Shown here: one piece after another, positions 30,071 to 39,599 of the stretch
Numbering within the stretch: position 1 is the first letter of the stretch
How the letters are laid out: every line of letters begins with the position of its first letter
Assembly: GCA_964464605.1 (NCBI GenBank)
Contig: CAYXJN010000008.1
Location: forward strand, 62,001 to 126,000
DNA: 64,000 nucleotides
Source: an uncultured Ignavibacteriales bacterium
GTDB taxonomy: Bacteria; Zixibacteria; MSB-5A5; GN15; FEB-12
Direction of reading: 5' to 3'
Program-made: the position numbers and the translations under genes
The notes under the pieces: generated by a model
Told to the model about the DNA's origin: nothing
The model's database searches: none
What the model saw: only the letters and a program-made list of their open reading frames with translations

Positions 30071-31750
30071 TCATGATTTGTGTTCGATGCCGCAGCATCC
30101 GGCGCCAAGACTGGTTTTCATCAATTCCGTTTTTAAAAGAAAACTCCCGTTTACGACAATCAATTCACCGGGCTTGATACCTGAAGTGATGATGTAATGA
30201 TTACGATCTCCGGTCGCGAGCTGGACTTTGCGCGGGCGGAACCGTCCGGATTGTTCCTGAACGAACACTACATTGCAGCAGCCCTCCCATTGCACGGCAT
30301 CACGGGGAACAGCTAAACCAAGACCGCTGCCCTGTTTGGCCTGCATGAAATGCGCAGTACCGAAGCGGTTTGCCACCATGCCGCCGTTATGCTCAAGCGG
30401 TCGCGCGCGAACCGTAATGGTGCGGGTATCAGGATCGACAAACGGCGCAACCCAGAAGATTTCGGCGGGTAGACGATGTAAGTTGCTCCCATCGACACTG
30501 AATTCGATGCGCTGGCCGGGTGCGGCGTATTCGGCATACTGCTCGTGCAGATGCGCTTCTACCCAGAGCTTATCTGGATCACCGGTAAGAGCGATCATGG
30601 TTCCTTCTTCAAGCCGTGCACCCAGCGCTGCTTTACGCTCTAAAAGCACACCTTTTGATGCGCTGCGAATCAGCCATCGAGAGGAGGCGGAGCGGGAGCG
30701 CTCCAGTTCAAGAATGTCAGCTTCGGAAAGACCCGCTGCTTTTAGTTCACCCGCGATACCGTTTGCCAGACTCAACGCGCTATTGGCTTCCCCTTCAAGA
30801 AGTTCCAGTTCCGCTTTGCTGATAAGCTGGCGTTTGAACATGCTATCCGCACGGGTAAGACGCAACCGCGCCGGTTCCGCCATAGCTAAGGCCTGCAGGT
30901 ATTCACCTTGCAACTTCGCCATATCCTGCGATTCGACCTGTGCGATCGGTGTTTCTATAGAAACGGACGCACCCGGCTCCAACAGCCAGCGAAGCACGGT
31001 GATCGGTACGGAGGATGTAACCGCTGTTGCGTTAGTTTCATCGAAGATCAATTCACCGGGTGCATCGATGGTATATGCGCGAGAAGCTTCCAGCGCCGGG
31101 ATAACGGAGATACCGGTTCGTTCCGCGGTTTCGGCGGAAGCGAACTGGATAATGGCATCATCCGTAGCACAGGCGGGAGCGTTGACACGCAAAAGAACAG
31201 TCGGTGGTTCGACTGTTTCTGTAAAATCACCTAAAACAGATTTCGGTTCTTGCGGAAAACTGATTCCCGGATTGCATAAACGGCAATGCGATTCCGGAAT
31301 ACCGTGCTCAGTACACCAGTCATTATTCGCTTTGAACTCGGCGATTAAAGCCGAATTGCACTGGGTACAGACAGATTCCGGTACCCGATGCTCTGCACAC
31401 CAATCGGCAGTAGCGGTTGAGATGCCGTGACTCGCAATATGTTCTTCTTCCGGAAAGGTTAATCCCGGATTACAGAGTCGGCAGTGAGATTCCGGAATAC
31501 CGTGCTCGGTACACCAGTCATTTTTTTCTTTGAAACCTTCGATCAATGCCGGGTTGCACTGGGTACATACAGACTCAGGTACCCGGTGTTCTGCGCACCA
31601 ATCATGACTATGACCACCGTCAGATACTTGGCTTACTTCCGTATGCGTAGCCGTGTCGGGTGAATCACTGAGCAGCCATTTGCTTCCCAGCGCACCGACC
31701 ACCACGGCAGCGAGTACCAGTATGACAGTTCGTATGGTATGTTTCGACAT
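30071..31750 (-). CDS. CzcB-like RND periplasmic adaptor with N-terminal Cys/His repeats
   Basis: TM anchor, MFP motifs (LWVEA, VDPDTRT..VRA, VPRDAV, GSFLLK). Start reset to ATG 31750. Confidence 0.88.
   Translation of the reverse strand: MSKHTIRTVILVLAAVVVGALGSKWLLSDSPDTATHTEVSQVSDGGHSHDWCAEHRVPESVCTQCNPALIEGFKEKNDWCTEHGIPESHCRLCNPGLTFPEEEHIASHGISTATADWCAEHRVPESVCTQCNSALIAEFKANNDWCTEHGIPESHCRLCNPGISFPQEPKSVLGDFTETVEPPTVLLRVNAPACATDDAIIQFASAETAERTGISVIPALEASRAYTIDAPGELIFDETNATAVTSSVPITVLRWLLEPGASVSIETPIAQVESQDMAKLQGEYLQALAMAEPARLRLTRADSMFKRQLISKAELELLEGEANSALSLANGIAGELKAAGLSEADILELERSRSASSRWLIRSASKGVLLERKAALGARLEEGTMIALTGDPDKLWVEAHLHEQYAEYAAPGQRIEFSVDGSNLHRLPAEIFWVAPFVDPDTRTITVRARPLEHNGGMVANRFGTAHFMQAKQGSGLGLAVPRDAVQWEGCCNVVFVQEQSGRFRPRKVQLATGDRNHYIITSGIKPGELIVVNGSFLLKTELMKTSLGAGCCGIEHKS
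31249..31603 (-). repeat. Tandem duplication (198-nt period) encoding DWCxEHxxPESxCxxCN modules
   Basis: DWCAEHRVPESVCTQCN...DWCTEHGIPESHCRLCNPG occurs twice. Confidence 0.9.
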
Positions 31751-31865
31751 TATTCGTAATCGCCTTTCTTTTTTTACCATGACAAAAGCAATCACCGTGA
31801 ACGCAGTAACGCACGGATAAGAGAGCTTTGCTGTTTACGTGTAAGTGAGAAATTGAGAAACGAAA

Positions 31866-32183
31866 TTAAGAAAGGCGCGGAGGCTGTTCCGGTGGAAGAA
31901 TATCAGAACTATCGAAATCGCAAAGAATCATGTTTTGCTGATCTGACGGGGGAGTTTCTACCTGCACTACGGCATCCTGTTCGGCAACTATCGCCGGCTG
32001 AACAAAACAGCAATTGCCCACCAGACATTCAGTGCATTCGTGATTATCACAGCAATCATCGCAGGCCTCAACGGGGGTTTCCATAGTAGCCACCGAGAAA
32101 CAGACCAAAACCAAAAGCAGCAAAATACGGACAGCTATGCCGAATGTTGATTTCCCGTTGATGTTAAATGGCTTCACGTTCAT
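31866..32183 (-). CDS. Small exported Cys-rich leader protein ending PPEQPPRLS (CruR/CutF/CzcI-like architecture)
   Basis: Hydrophobic signal, CDDCCDNHECTEC..CC, Pro-rich C-terminus; directly upstream of czcBA. Start is ATG 32183 or GTG 32177. Confidence 0.72.
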   Translation of the reverse strand: MNVKPFNINGKSTFGIAVRILLLLVLVCFSVATMETPVEACDDCCDNHECTECLVGNCCFVQPAIVAEQDAVVQVETPPSDQQNMILCDFDSSDILPPEQPPRLS

Positions 32184-32240
32184 AATATATGGGTATCGGC
32201 TTGTCCTGCCAATTCCTAAATTATACACAGAAAATAGGGT

Positions 32241-33377
32241 TTAGCGTTCCTTATAGTTGATGTTTTTCACGGGTGCAAATAAGCTCCGATCAAGGGGGAG
32301 GCCTGTGACATACTCATCATAATACGCTGTACATTCAAAGCCATCACTTCTTACGCTTTTGACAGCATACGGCAAGTTAGTGTCCGTGCGAACATACAGG
32401 CGCAGAATGGTTTGCAGGCGAGGGAGCTCCCATACTTTGCAGTCAATTGCATTCAGTTTTTCATTAGGCAGCGGCCGGGCGCCGTAATAGTCAAAAAATG
32501 ATTGCTCGCTGCCAAATTCGAGTTCCATCACACCACTCTCACCATAAAATTCAATGACAGGACAAATAACGTTGTATGTCGGCCCGGGATCGACCAAATG
32601 TGCTCCAGTACTATCAAACAGATTGATTACCCAGAGATCCGGCGCATTACTAATTGATAACATGTGCAAGTCTTGTGCCGTATCCAAAGATTCCTGATTG
32701 CGGGCATATTTTGTTCCCGATCGCCAAACTTTTCGCGGGGTCGCAATAAAGTCGCCCGGTTTGTATGACGGTGATGAAAACCGGAAGCTTATGTTAATCA
32801 TTTTCATCGTGTCAGAAAGAAATCCGGCTGGATATGCATGGCTGGATCTATTTGGATTAAACACGTTTGCCTTTTTTAGATGTGCAATCCATATCGGCAT
32901 TTGTGCATCAAATACTTTTTTGTCTTTTGCGCTGTAATAGACGATATGAATACCTTTGCGGCCGAGTATGAAATTAGCGAGCGTGTATCCGGTATTGTTC
33001 GAAGTCGTACAGTGGTTTTGATCCCAGGAAGAAATAATCTGTGAATCGGCTTTGTAGAGCGTCGTCCAGTTTTTATTGGCGCAATCTTTGAAAATCGAAT
33101 CGCGAAAGTAATCATGCATACGAACCAGCCCGGATGGGGGCATAGGAGTCCGATAAGATTTCGTACTGACCATTTCGGTCCATGATTGTGCAGATTCGTT
33201 TTTGAGCAAATAAGCAATGGAAACAATAGTGTCCTTGGATGTTGTGATTTGCCTGGCTACCCAATTTCGGTTATCGAACTGCGGAACTACCCATTCATCA
33301 CATACCCGCTCAGCATAGGCAACATTCATGAATGCAAATACGGCACTAATACCAATCCAGACATTTTTCCATTTCAT
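32241..33377 (-). CDS. Secreted hypothetical protein (C-terminus LolA-like)
   Basis: Signal peptide ending AYA; ends LDRSLFAPVKNINY; GAGGA RBS. Confidence 0.7.
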   Translation of the reverse strand: MKWKNVWIGISAVFAFMNVAYAERVCDEWVVPQFDNRNWVARQITTSKDTIVSIAYLLKNESAQSWTEMVSTKSYRTPMPPSGLVRMHDYFRDSIFKDCANKNWTTLYKADSQIISSWDQNHCTTSNNTGYTLANFILGRKGIHIVYYSAKDKKVFDAQMPIWIAHLKKANVFNPNRSSHAYPAGFLSDTMKMINISFRFSSPSYKPGDFIATPRKVWRSGTKYARNQESLDTAQDLHMLSISNAPDLWVINLFDSTGAHLVDPGPTYNVICPVIEFYGESGVMELEFGSEQSFFDYYGARPLPNEKLNAIDCKVWELPRLQTILRLYVRTDTNLPYAVKSVRSDGFECTAYYDEYVTGLPLDRSLFAPVKNINYKER

Positions 33378-33454
33378 ATTGTTTATCCTCTTTATCCTGT
33401 GCGAAGAAGATACTTCCGCTCAAAATCGATAGCAAGTATAGAGACAATGCGATG

Positions 33455-34786
33455 CTATTTCGGGGATTGGCTGGCCCCGTCGATACCGGTGGCGATTTCG
33501 GGGATAATACCCATCCGGCGGTAGATCGGGCGAATCTGCTCACGTAACGCCGGTAGTTTTCTCGCAAACCAGATTGCGCCGATAATACAGGCTATTCCGC
33601 CAATACATACTGTCCATTGCGGGCCGATCCGACTGGCCAATGATCCGGCAATCAGGCTGCCGACAGGAGTCATTCCCATAAGTGCCATCGAATACAAACT
33701 CATTATTCGCCCTCGTTTGTCATCATCGACTAATGTTTGCACGAGCGTATTACTCACCGCCATTTCGAGCATTTGTCCGAACCCGATAATCAGCATGAGT
33801 ATCAGTGAAAGCCAGAAAACGGAGGAAAAAGAGAAAATCACTAACGCGCATCCGAATAACGCGGAAGAAATCGGCACTACTTTGCCAAGTCCGCGTACAC
33901 TTTTACGGGATGCCAGAAACACCGCACCGCCCAACGCACCCATTCCTGTTGCGCCCATCAGAAAACCGAGCGTACTCGGACCACTCTGCAATACATCCTG
34001 TGCAAAAGCAGGCAACAGGGTTGCATAAGGCATTCCCATCATACTGACTAAAGCAAGCAATAGCAGAATATTTCGAATCGGTGCAAAATGCGCGGCGTAG
34101 CTGAATCCGGTTTTCAACTCATGCCATATTTGTTTGTGCTCTTTTCGTTTTGCTGCTTTGCTTATCTTCATCATCAGGAGTGACGCGATCACTGCAATGT
34201 AGCTCAGGGCGTTGATTAGAAAGCAGACTCCCATACCAAAAGCAGCGATAAACAGACCGGCTATCGCCGGGCCGATCATCCGTCCGCCGTTGACCATTGA
34301 TGAGTTCAAAGCGATGGCATTGCTTAAATCTTTTTTGTCGTCGATCATTTCGATCATGAAAGACTGGCGGATCGGCATATCGAAGGCGTTGATAATTCCC
34401 AGCAATGTACTCAGCAGAATGACATGCCAAATTTGAATCGTGTCAGTCCATACCAGAACGGTAAATATGACGGCTTGAATCATGGCCAGTATTTGCGTGA
34501 GCAGCAGCAGGCGGTGCTTGTCCCAACGGTCGGCGATAACTCCGGCAACGGGAGCTAACAGCAACGTGGGGATTTGTCCGGCGAATCCGACTACGCCTAA
34601 CAAAAATGCGGAATGGGTAAGTTGGTATACCAGCCACCCCTGCGTGACACGCTGCATCCAGGTGCCGATAAGGGAAATACTTTGTCCGCTGTAAAAGAGC
34701 CGGAAATTGCGGTGGCGCAGTGCCCGAATGACTGATTGGAATTGTGCTTTGAGTTTTGGAGCAGCTGTTTCAGTTTCTGAAGCCAT
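33455..34786 (-). CDS. MFS transporter (MFS_3/DUF894-like)
   Basis: ALRHRNFRLF.GQ.ISLIGTWMQ, GVIADRWDK, DMPIRQS, NAIALNS. Confidence 0.9.
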   Translation of the reverse strand: MASETETAAPKLKAQFQSVIRALRHRNFRLFYSGQSISLIGTWMQRVTQGWLVYQLTHSAFLLGVVGFAGQIPTLLLAPVAGVIADRWDKHRLLLLTQILAMIQAVIFTVLVWTDTIQIWHVILLSTLLGIINAFDMPIRQSFMIEMIDDKKDLSNAIALNSSMVNGGRMIGPAIAGLFIAAFGMGVCFLINALSYIAVIASLLMMKISKAAKRKEHKQIWHELKTGFSYAAHFAPIRNILLLLALVSMMGMPYATLLPAFAQDVLQSGPSTLGFLMGATGMGALGGAVFLASRKSVRGLGKVVPISSALFGCALVIFSFSSVFWLSLILMLIIGFGQMLEMAVSNTLVQTLVDDDKRGRIMSLYSMALMGMTPVGSLIAGSLASRIGPQWTVCIGGIACIIGAIWFARKLPALREQIRPIYRRMGIIPEIATGIDGASQSPK

Positions 34787-34818
34787 AGGTGACTACAGGA
34801 TAGAACGTGTAATTTCGG

Positions 34819-35205
34819 TTATCGTTCCCATACTAAATAACTAAATAAACCGGTGGCGATTACTTTGTCTTCCTGGTAAACAGTCGACTCACACACGATT
34901 ACCCGTGAACCCTTCTTAATAACTTTTCCTTCGGCTCTTAGCGTTCCTTTACCGGCCATTGCCGGAGCGAGAAAATTGACTTTGAACTCAATGCTTCCGC
35001 AGAGCAGGTTTTCAGGAAGGCTGGGGATAAACGAATAGACAGCTGCAGTGTCTGCAAGGGTGGAAAGAATACCGCCGTGGATTACCCCTTTTTCCTGTGT
35101 GTACGTATCGCTGGCATCCATTTCAATAACCGCTTTTCCGGTTTCTGTGGAAATCAACCGTAATCCGAGCGCTTTGTTAACAGCAGTGTAATCGAATGAT
35201 TGCAT
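34819..35205 (-). CDS. PaaI family thioesterase
   Basis: GVIHGGILSTLAD, IEFKVNFLAP. Start reset to ATG 35205. Confidence 0.85.
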   Translation of the reverse strand: MQSFDYTAVNKALGLRLISTETGKAVIEMDASDTYTQEKGVIHGGILSTLADTAAVYSFIPSLPENLLCGSIEFKVNFLAPAMAGKGTLRAEGKVIKKGSRVIVCESTVYQEDKVIATGLFSYLVWER

Positions 35206-35269
35206 AGAATCTTTGCTCGAAAATACATCTATCTGCCCGGATTGACAAGCAGGAATCCGGTGCTTTTTG

Positions 35270-35300
35270 CAACTCACGAAGTATTGGCGTCGTTCACGAA
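35270..35300 (+). promoter_or_regulatory. Direct repeat, candidate LytTR binding site
   Basis: CAACTCACGAA / TCGTTCACGAA with 20-bp period, upstream of the gene preceding the LytS/LytTR pair. Confidence 0.45.
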
Positions 35301-35452
35301 ATCCGCATTGTTGTTTTCCGATTTCTTTGTATCTCACATCTACAAAGCCGCAGCTATCTGTCTTCAATACGAATGCAAATAGTCGTCTGAGTGCCTCACT
35401 GACATATGAAATTAGCAGATGCACGAGGTAAATCTCGTGGAAGGAGTTACGA

Positions 35453-37393
35453 ATGACTATCGCTCAAAATCGTGTCGGCGTGTGTATCTCAGTCCTTTTG
35501 GGGCTGTTTTGCGTAACGGCGCCAGTGAACGCCCAAACATTCATAAAAGTTGTTAACCCTGCAAACCCGGTGCTGACAGATACGTCTTTAAGTCTGTATA
35601 CCGGTTGTGCCTGGATCGATTATGACAATGACGGCTTGGAAGACCTGTTCATGCCGGATGCCAACACTCAGTTTTTATATCATAACGACGGCGGCGGGAA
35701 TTTTTCAAAAGTTCCCGGGAATGCCTTTTCGCTGGATACGATCTTTTACTACGGTGTTGCCTGGGGTGATTATGACAATGACGGGGACCCGGATTGTTTC
35801 CTGGCCGGGGAGCGCAGTAATCTGTATCGGAACGATAGTGGAACATTTGTCAAAGTTATCGCGCATGCGAATTTTAATACCACTGCTTCAAGCGGGTGGA
35901 GCCCGGCCTGGGGAGATTATGACAATGACGGCAATATCGATTTGTATATTACGCTTCCCAATGGGTTTATGCAAAACGGTGTACATAGACCGAGTCGGCT
36001 TTATCATAACGACGGACCACCGTCGTATACGTTTACCCGTGTGGATACCGGTGATGTAGTCACGCTGTTGGCGCCGTACACGTCGGGCAACTGGTCGGAC
36101 TATGATTTGGACGGTGATCTTGATCTCTTTGTCGGAGCGGGTCCGGCGGGTGCTTCTTCCGGGCAGGATTATCTATACCAAAACATGCTCAAAGAAACAG
36201 GGCAGATCGGGTTGGACCGGATTTTTACCTCGCCGATCGCCACAGACTTTCGTGACGGGCAGGTGTGGAACTGGATTGATTATGACAATGATCAAGATTT
36301 GGATGCATACGTGACCAATTGGGGTGGTGCAAACCCTTCGCAGCGATTCAACGATTTTTACCGAAACGACAGCGGAACGTACACGACGATTACTACCGAG
36401 CCGCTTGTGACCGAAGAATTTGTCTCGTTATCGCAGTGCTGGGGAGATTATGACAACGACGGTGATCTTGATCTCTTTGTCGCCCATGATTTCAACAGTC
36501 GGGATGGGTATTATCTCAATAACGGTGACGGTACATTTACCAGTATTACACTCACGCCGGTAAACGGAGACCCGATTTCAAATGCAGGAGCGGCAAACGG
36601 GGATTATGACAATGACGGTGATCTCGATCTCTTTGTCCATGCAACGGGGGCGAACAGGCGAGCACTGTATGAAAACACGACATCGAACGGGTATAGTTGG
36701 CTCAAGCTGAAATTGACCGGCAGTTGCTCAAACCGATCTGCAGTGGGTGCACGGGTTAGCGCGAAGGCAGTTATCAACGGTGTTCCCACTTGGCAGATGC
36801 GGGAAGTTTCCACGCAGAATAGCTTTTTAGGGCACAACTCGTTGATTCTGCATTTCGGTTTGCGGGATGCAGCTATTGTAGACAGCCTGACAATTTATTG
36901 GCCCTCCGGAAATGTTGAAGTGATGACTGCTGTTTCCGTCAATCAGCTGCTTGGCATAGTTGAGGAGGACGATCAGGATGGTGACGGAGTTACCTGTGCC
37001 GATAATTGCCCATTTACCGCAAACGCACTTCAGGAGGATGCTGACAGCGATCAGGTCGGTGATGCCTGCGACAATTGTTTGGCAATTGCAAATAGTGATC
37101 AACTTGATACCGATGGTGATGGGGTAGGAGATTTATGCGATGACTGTCCAACTATTCCGAATCCCTGTCCGGGCTGCTGTGTACCGCCGACACGGGGGAA
37201 TGTGAATGGACTCGGAGCGATAACAGTGGCTGATTTAACCTATCTGGTCAGTTATTTGTTCAATAGCGGTCCGACTCCGCCATGTCTTGATGAGGCAAAC
37301 GTTAATGGTATAGGAAGTATTACGATAGCAGACCTCACCTATCTGGTCAGCTTCTTATTTAACAGCGGTCCATTGCCTGCCGCCTGCCCGTGA
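35453..37393 (+). CDS. Secreted CRTAC1-like protein: FG-GAP/VCBS repeats + ASPIC/UnbV + TSP3 repeats + dockerin-like domain
   Basis: Seven (W)xDYDxDGDxD repeats; [36 protein letters not shown]; paired NVNG...ADLTYLV..LF. Confidence 0.88.
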   Translation: MTIAQNRVGVCISVLLGLFCVTAPVNAQTFIKVVNPANPVLTDTSLSLYTGCAWIDYDNDGLEDLFMPDANTQFLYHNDGGGNFSKVPGNAFSLDTIFYYGVAWGDYDNDGDPDCFLAGERSNLYRNDSGTFVKVIAHANFNTTASSGWSPAWGDYDNDGNIDLYITLPNGFMQNGVHRPSRLYHNDGPPSYTFTRVDTGDVVTLLAPYTSGNWSDYDLDGDLDLFVGAGPAGASSGQDYLYQNMLKETGQIGLDRIFTSPIATDFRDGQVWNWIDYDNDQDLDAYVTNWGGANPSQRFNDFYRNDSGTYTTITTEPLVTEEFVSLSQCWGDYDNDGDLDLFVAHDFNSRDGYYLNNGDGTFTSITLTPVNGDPISNAGAANGDYDNDGDLDLFVHATGANRRALYENTTSNGYSWLKLKLTGSCSNRSAVGARVSAKAVINGVPTWQMREVSTQNSFLGHNSLILHFGLRDAAIVDSLTIYWPSGNVEVMTAVSVNQLLGIVEEDDQDGDGVTCADNCPFTANALQEDADSDQVGDACDNCLAIANSDQLDTDGDGVGDLCDDCPTIPNPCPGCCVPPTRGNVNGLGAITVADLTYLVSYLFNSGPTPPCLDEANVNGIGSITIADLTYLVSFLFNSGPLPAACP

Positions 37394-37414
37394 TACTATA
37401 AGGCTCCACTCATC

Positions 37415-37474
37415 TTGGCACGGACACAATAGACCTGTATATTATATTTATGGAGCATATTTTGTCCGTGCCAA
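37415..37474. repeat. 17-bp inverted repeat (1 mismatch) overlapping a putative promoter
   Basis: TTGGCACGGACACAATA ... TATTTTGTCCGTGCCAA; contains TTGGCA-17-TATATT. Confidence 0.7.
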
Positions 37475-37475
37475 T

Positions 37476-38606
37476 ATGAGTACTATGAATCAACAGAAAA
37501 ATGGGACGAGGGCATTTCTTGAGGAACTGATACCGGCGCAATCGACCCGGTTAGCGCTTGTTATCGGCCTTTGGACCTTGGTTGGTTTTCTTTCATCACT
37601 GCACTGGTGGTATGTTTATGTCTACCCGGACCCGTACGATACTTTTTGGCAGGTACTCAGAGTAAAACTTGTTGTCTGGTGGGTATGGGGGCTTTTAACG
37701 CCACTCATGCTTCATATAGGGTATCGTTTTAGATTAACCCGCAAGAACTGGATTTCTCGAACATCGATTTTGCTCGCTTTGTGTGTGCTGATAGCAACCG
37801 CGTACTCGATTTTTTATGCTGTCGCGCTGCTTGCCAATCTCAACCGTCCCCTATGGGGGAAAGAATTGGATAATATGATCGGGTTCGTGTTTTCCATGCA
37901 CTCGACATTCTTCTTTCTTGCCGCTATTGCGACAATTCTATTAGAACAGGGAATGCTGTTTTTACGGGACTTACGTGAACGGGAGCTTCGTTCGTCGCAG
38001 TTGGAATCGCAACTCGCCCTTGCGCAGTGGCAAAATCTTCGCGCGCAGCTGCACCCGCATTTTCTGTTTAATGTGCTCAATACCAGCGCTTCTCAGGTGT
38101 TAAGCGGTAAGCCGGAAGAAGCGCATGGAACCCTGGTCAAACTTTCAGAGTTGCTCCGTACCAGTTTAGTCAATGCGGAATCGCAGTACACAACCGTTGA
38201 GAGTGAAATTAGATTCGCGAGAACGTATCTTGAGCTTGTACAGTCACGGTTTCCTGATCGGTTGAGAATAGAAATCGATGCCGCTAAGGAAACTATGCAC
38301 GCCGCTGTTCCTACGTTGGTCTTACAACCGCTTGTTGAAAATGCGGTGAAGTATGGAGTCGGCAATTCAACGGAACTGTGCGCTATTAGCATGCAGGTAT
38401 ATCAACAAAATCAACGGCTTATTCTCAAAGTTACCAATGATTGCGTTTCCGGTAATGCCAGATCAACAACGGGAGTCGGACTCAAAAACCTTCGTGAGCG
38501 GTTACGGTATTTATATCAGGATGACGCTACTTTTACTCTCACTATTGCAGAGTCCGGAACAGCTGAGGCGGTTATTTCACTTCCGTTTAGAGCAAGCATG
38601 GCATGA
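37476..38606 (+). CDS. LytS/YehU-type sensor histidine kinase
   Basis: 4 TMs; LRAQLHPHFLFNVLN, LQPLVENAVKYG, TGVGLKNLRERL. Confidence 0.92.
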   Translation: MSTMNQQKNGTRAFLEELIPAQSTRLALVIGLWTLVGFLSSLHWWYVYVYPDPYDTFWQVLRVKLVVWWVWGLLTPLMLHIGYRFRLTRKNWISRTSILLALCVLIATAYSIFYAVALLANLNRPLWGKELDNMIGFVFSMHSTFFFLAAIATILLEQGMLFLRDLRERELRSSQLESQLALAQWQNLRAQLHPHFLFNVLNTSASQVLSGKPEEAHGTLVKLSELLRTSLVNAESQYTTVESEIRFARTYLELVQSRFPDRLRIEIDAAKETMHAAVPTLVLQPLVENAVKYGVGNSTELCAISMQVYQQNQRLILKVTNDCVSGNARSTTGVGLKNLRERLRYLYQDDATFTLTIAESGTAEAVISLPFRASMA

Positions 38607-39421
38607 GCAATAGCATGGAACGGTTAACCGCGGTCATTGTCGATGATGAGCAGCCGGCCAGAGAGTTACTGCGTAATCTGCTCGTGAAAAAGGGATGCCT
38701 GATCGTAGCGGAATGTACGAGCGGAAAAGAGGCAGTGAGCGCTATTGTCGCCCACAAACCGAATATCGTTTTTCTGGATATTCAGATGCCGAATATGACC
38801 GGGTTCGATGTTATCGAAGCGGTCGGTATTGACAATATGCCGCCGGTGATTTTTGTCACGGCGTTTGATCAACACGCGCTCCGCGCTTTCGAAGTCGGCG
38901 CGGTCGATTACTTATTGAAACCGTTCCCGCTCGAGCGATTCAACAAAGCACTCAAACGAATTCAGGATACAAAACAGCGTACAGCTTCTGCCGATCGAAA
39001 CAAGCGGCTGCGAAAAATGATTGAACATTGGAAACGCCCTACCGTTGTTATTCCGGAAACGGAAACCAGTATATGGAAACAGCGTATTACAATCCAAGAA
39101 GGATCAAAAGTTTTTGCATTGCCGGTTGCGGATATAGACTGGATTACTTCATCAGATCATTATGTCACACTTTCGTCACGAAAAAAACAATACCTGGTGT
39201 ATGAAAAGTTATCGACGCTTGAAACACAGCTTGATCCTGAAGAATTTATTCGAATTCATCGCACGACCATTATTCACGTTCAATCGGCAGCACATATCAA
39301 AAAGGGTTTGTACGGCAACCATACGGTTATTATGAAAGACGGCGCCAAGTATCCGGTGAGCAGATCGAAGAAAAAAGAACTGGCTATACTCATGACCATA
39401 CTCTCCGGTGACCGGGGATAG
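38603..39421 (+). CDS. LytTR family response regulator
   Basis: IVDDE, FLDIQMP, FVTAFD, DYLLKP; FIRIHR, PVSRS. Confidence 0.93.
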   Translation: MSNSMERLTAVIVDDEQPARELLRNLLVKKGCLIVAECTSGKEAVSAIVAHKPNIVFLDIQMPNMTGFDVIEAVGIDNMPPVIFVTAFDQHALRAFEVGAVDYLLKPFPLERFNKALKRIQDTKQRTASADRNKRLRKMIEHWKRPTVVIPETETSIWKQRITIQEGSKVFALPVADIDWITSSDHYVTLSSRKKQYLVYEKLSTLETQLDPEEFIRIHRTTIIHVQSAAHIKKGLYGNHTVIMKDGAKYPVSRSKKKELAILMTILSGDRG

Positions 39422-39599
39422 CATCTGTTTTTCTTTGCATAAGAATGACACCGATCCTGCTTAGGCCGGATTTTCGGCTGTCTGTGTAATCTTTTGTATC
39501 ACAATGCATTAGCCGTTTCCGTAGAAATAGTCCGATTCGGCCTCCTGTTTGCAGTCCCTATCCAAAATACTAGTAACCAAAGTCGGATGGAGACACCGA

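Noticed and set aside
30273..31430. Long + strand 385-aa ORF
   Set aside because: Entirely antisense to the RND adaptor; Ser/Ala/Arg-rich shadow composition with no motifs.
35610..36640. Recurrent GATTATGACAATGACGG DNA repeats as a possible CRISPR array
   Set aside because: Degenerate, about 150-190 bp apart and in frame; they encode FG-GAP DYDNDG motifs.
37416..37473. TGGCAC on both strands as possible sigma-54 promoters
   Set aside because: No TTGC-like -12 element at the required spacing in either direction.
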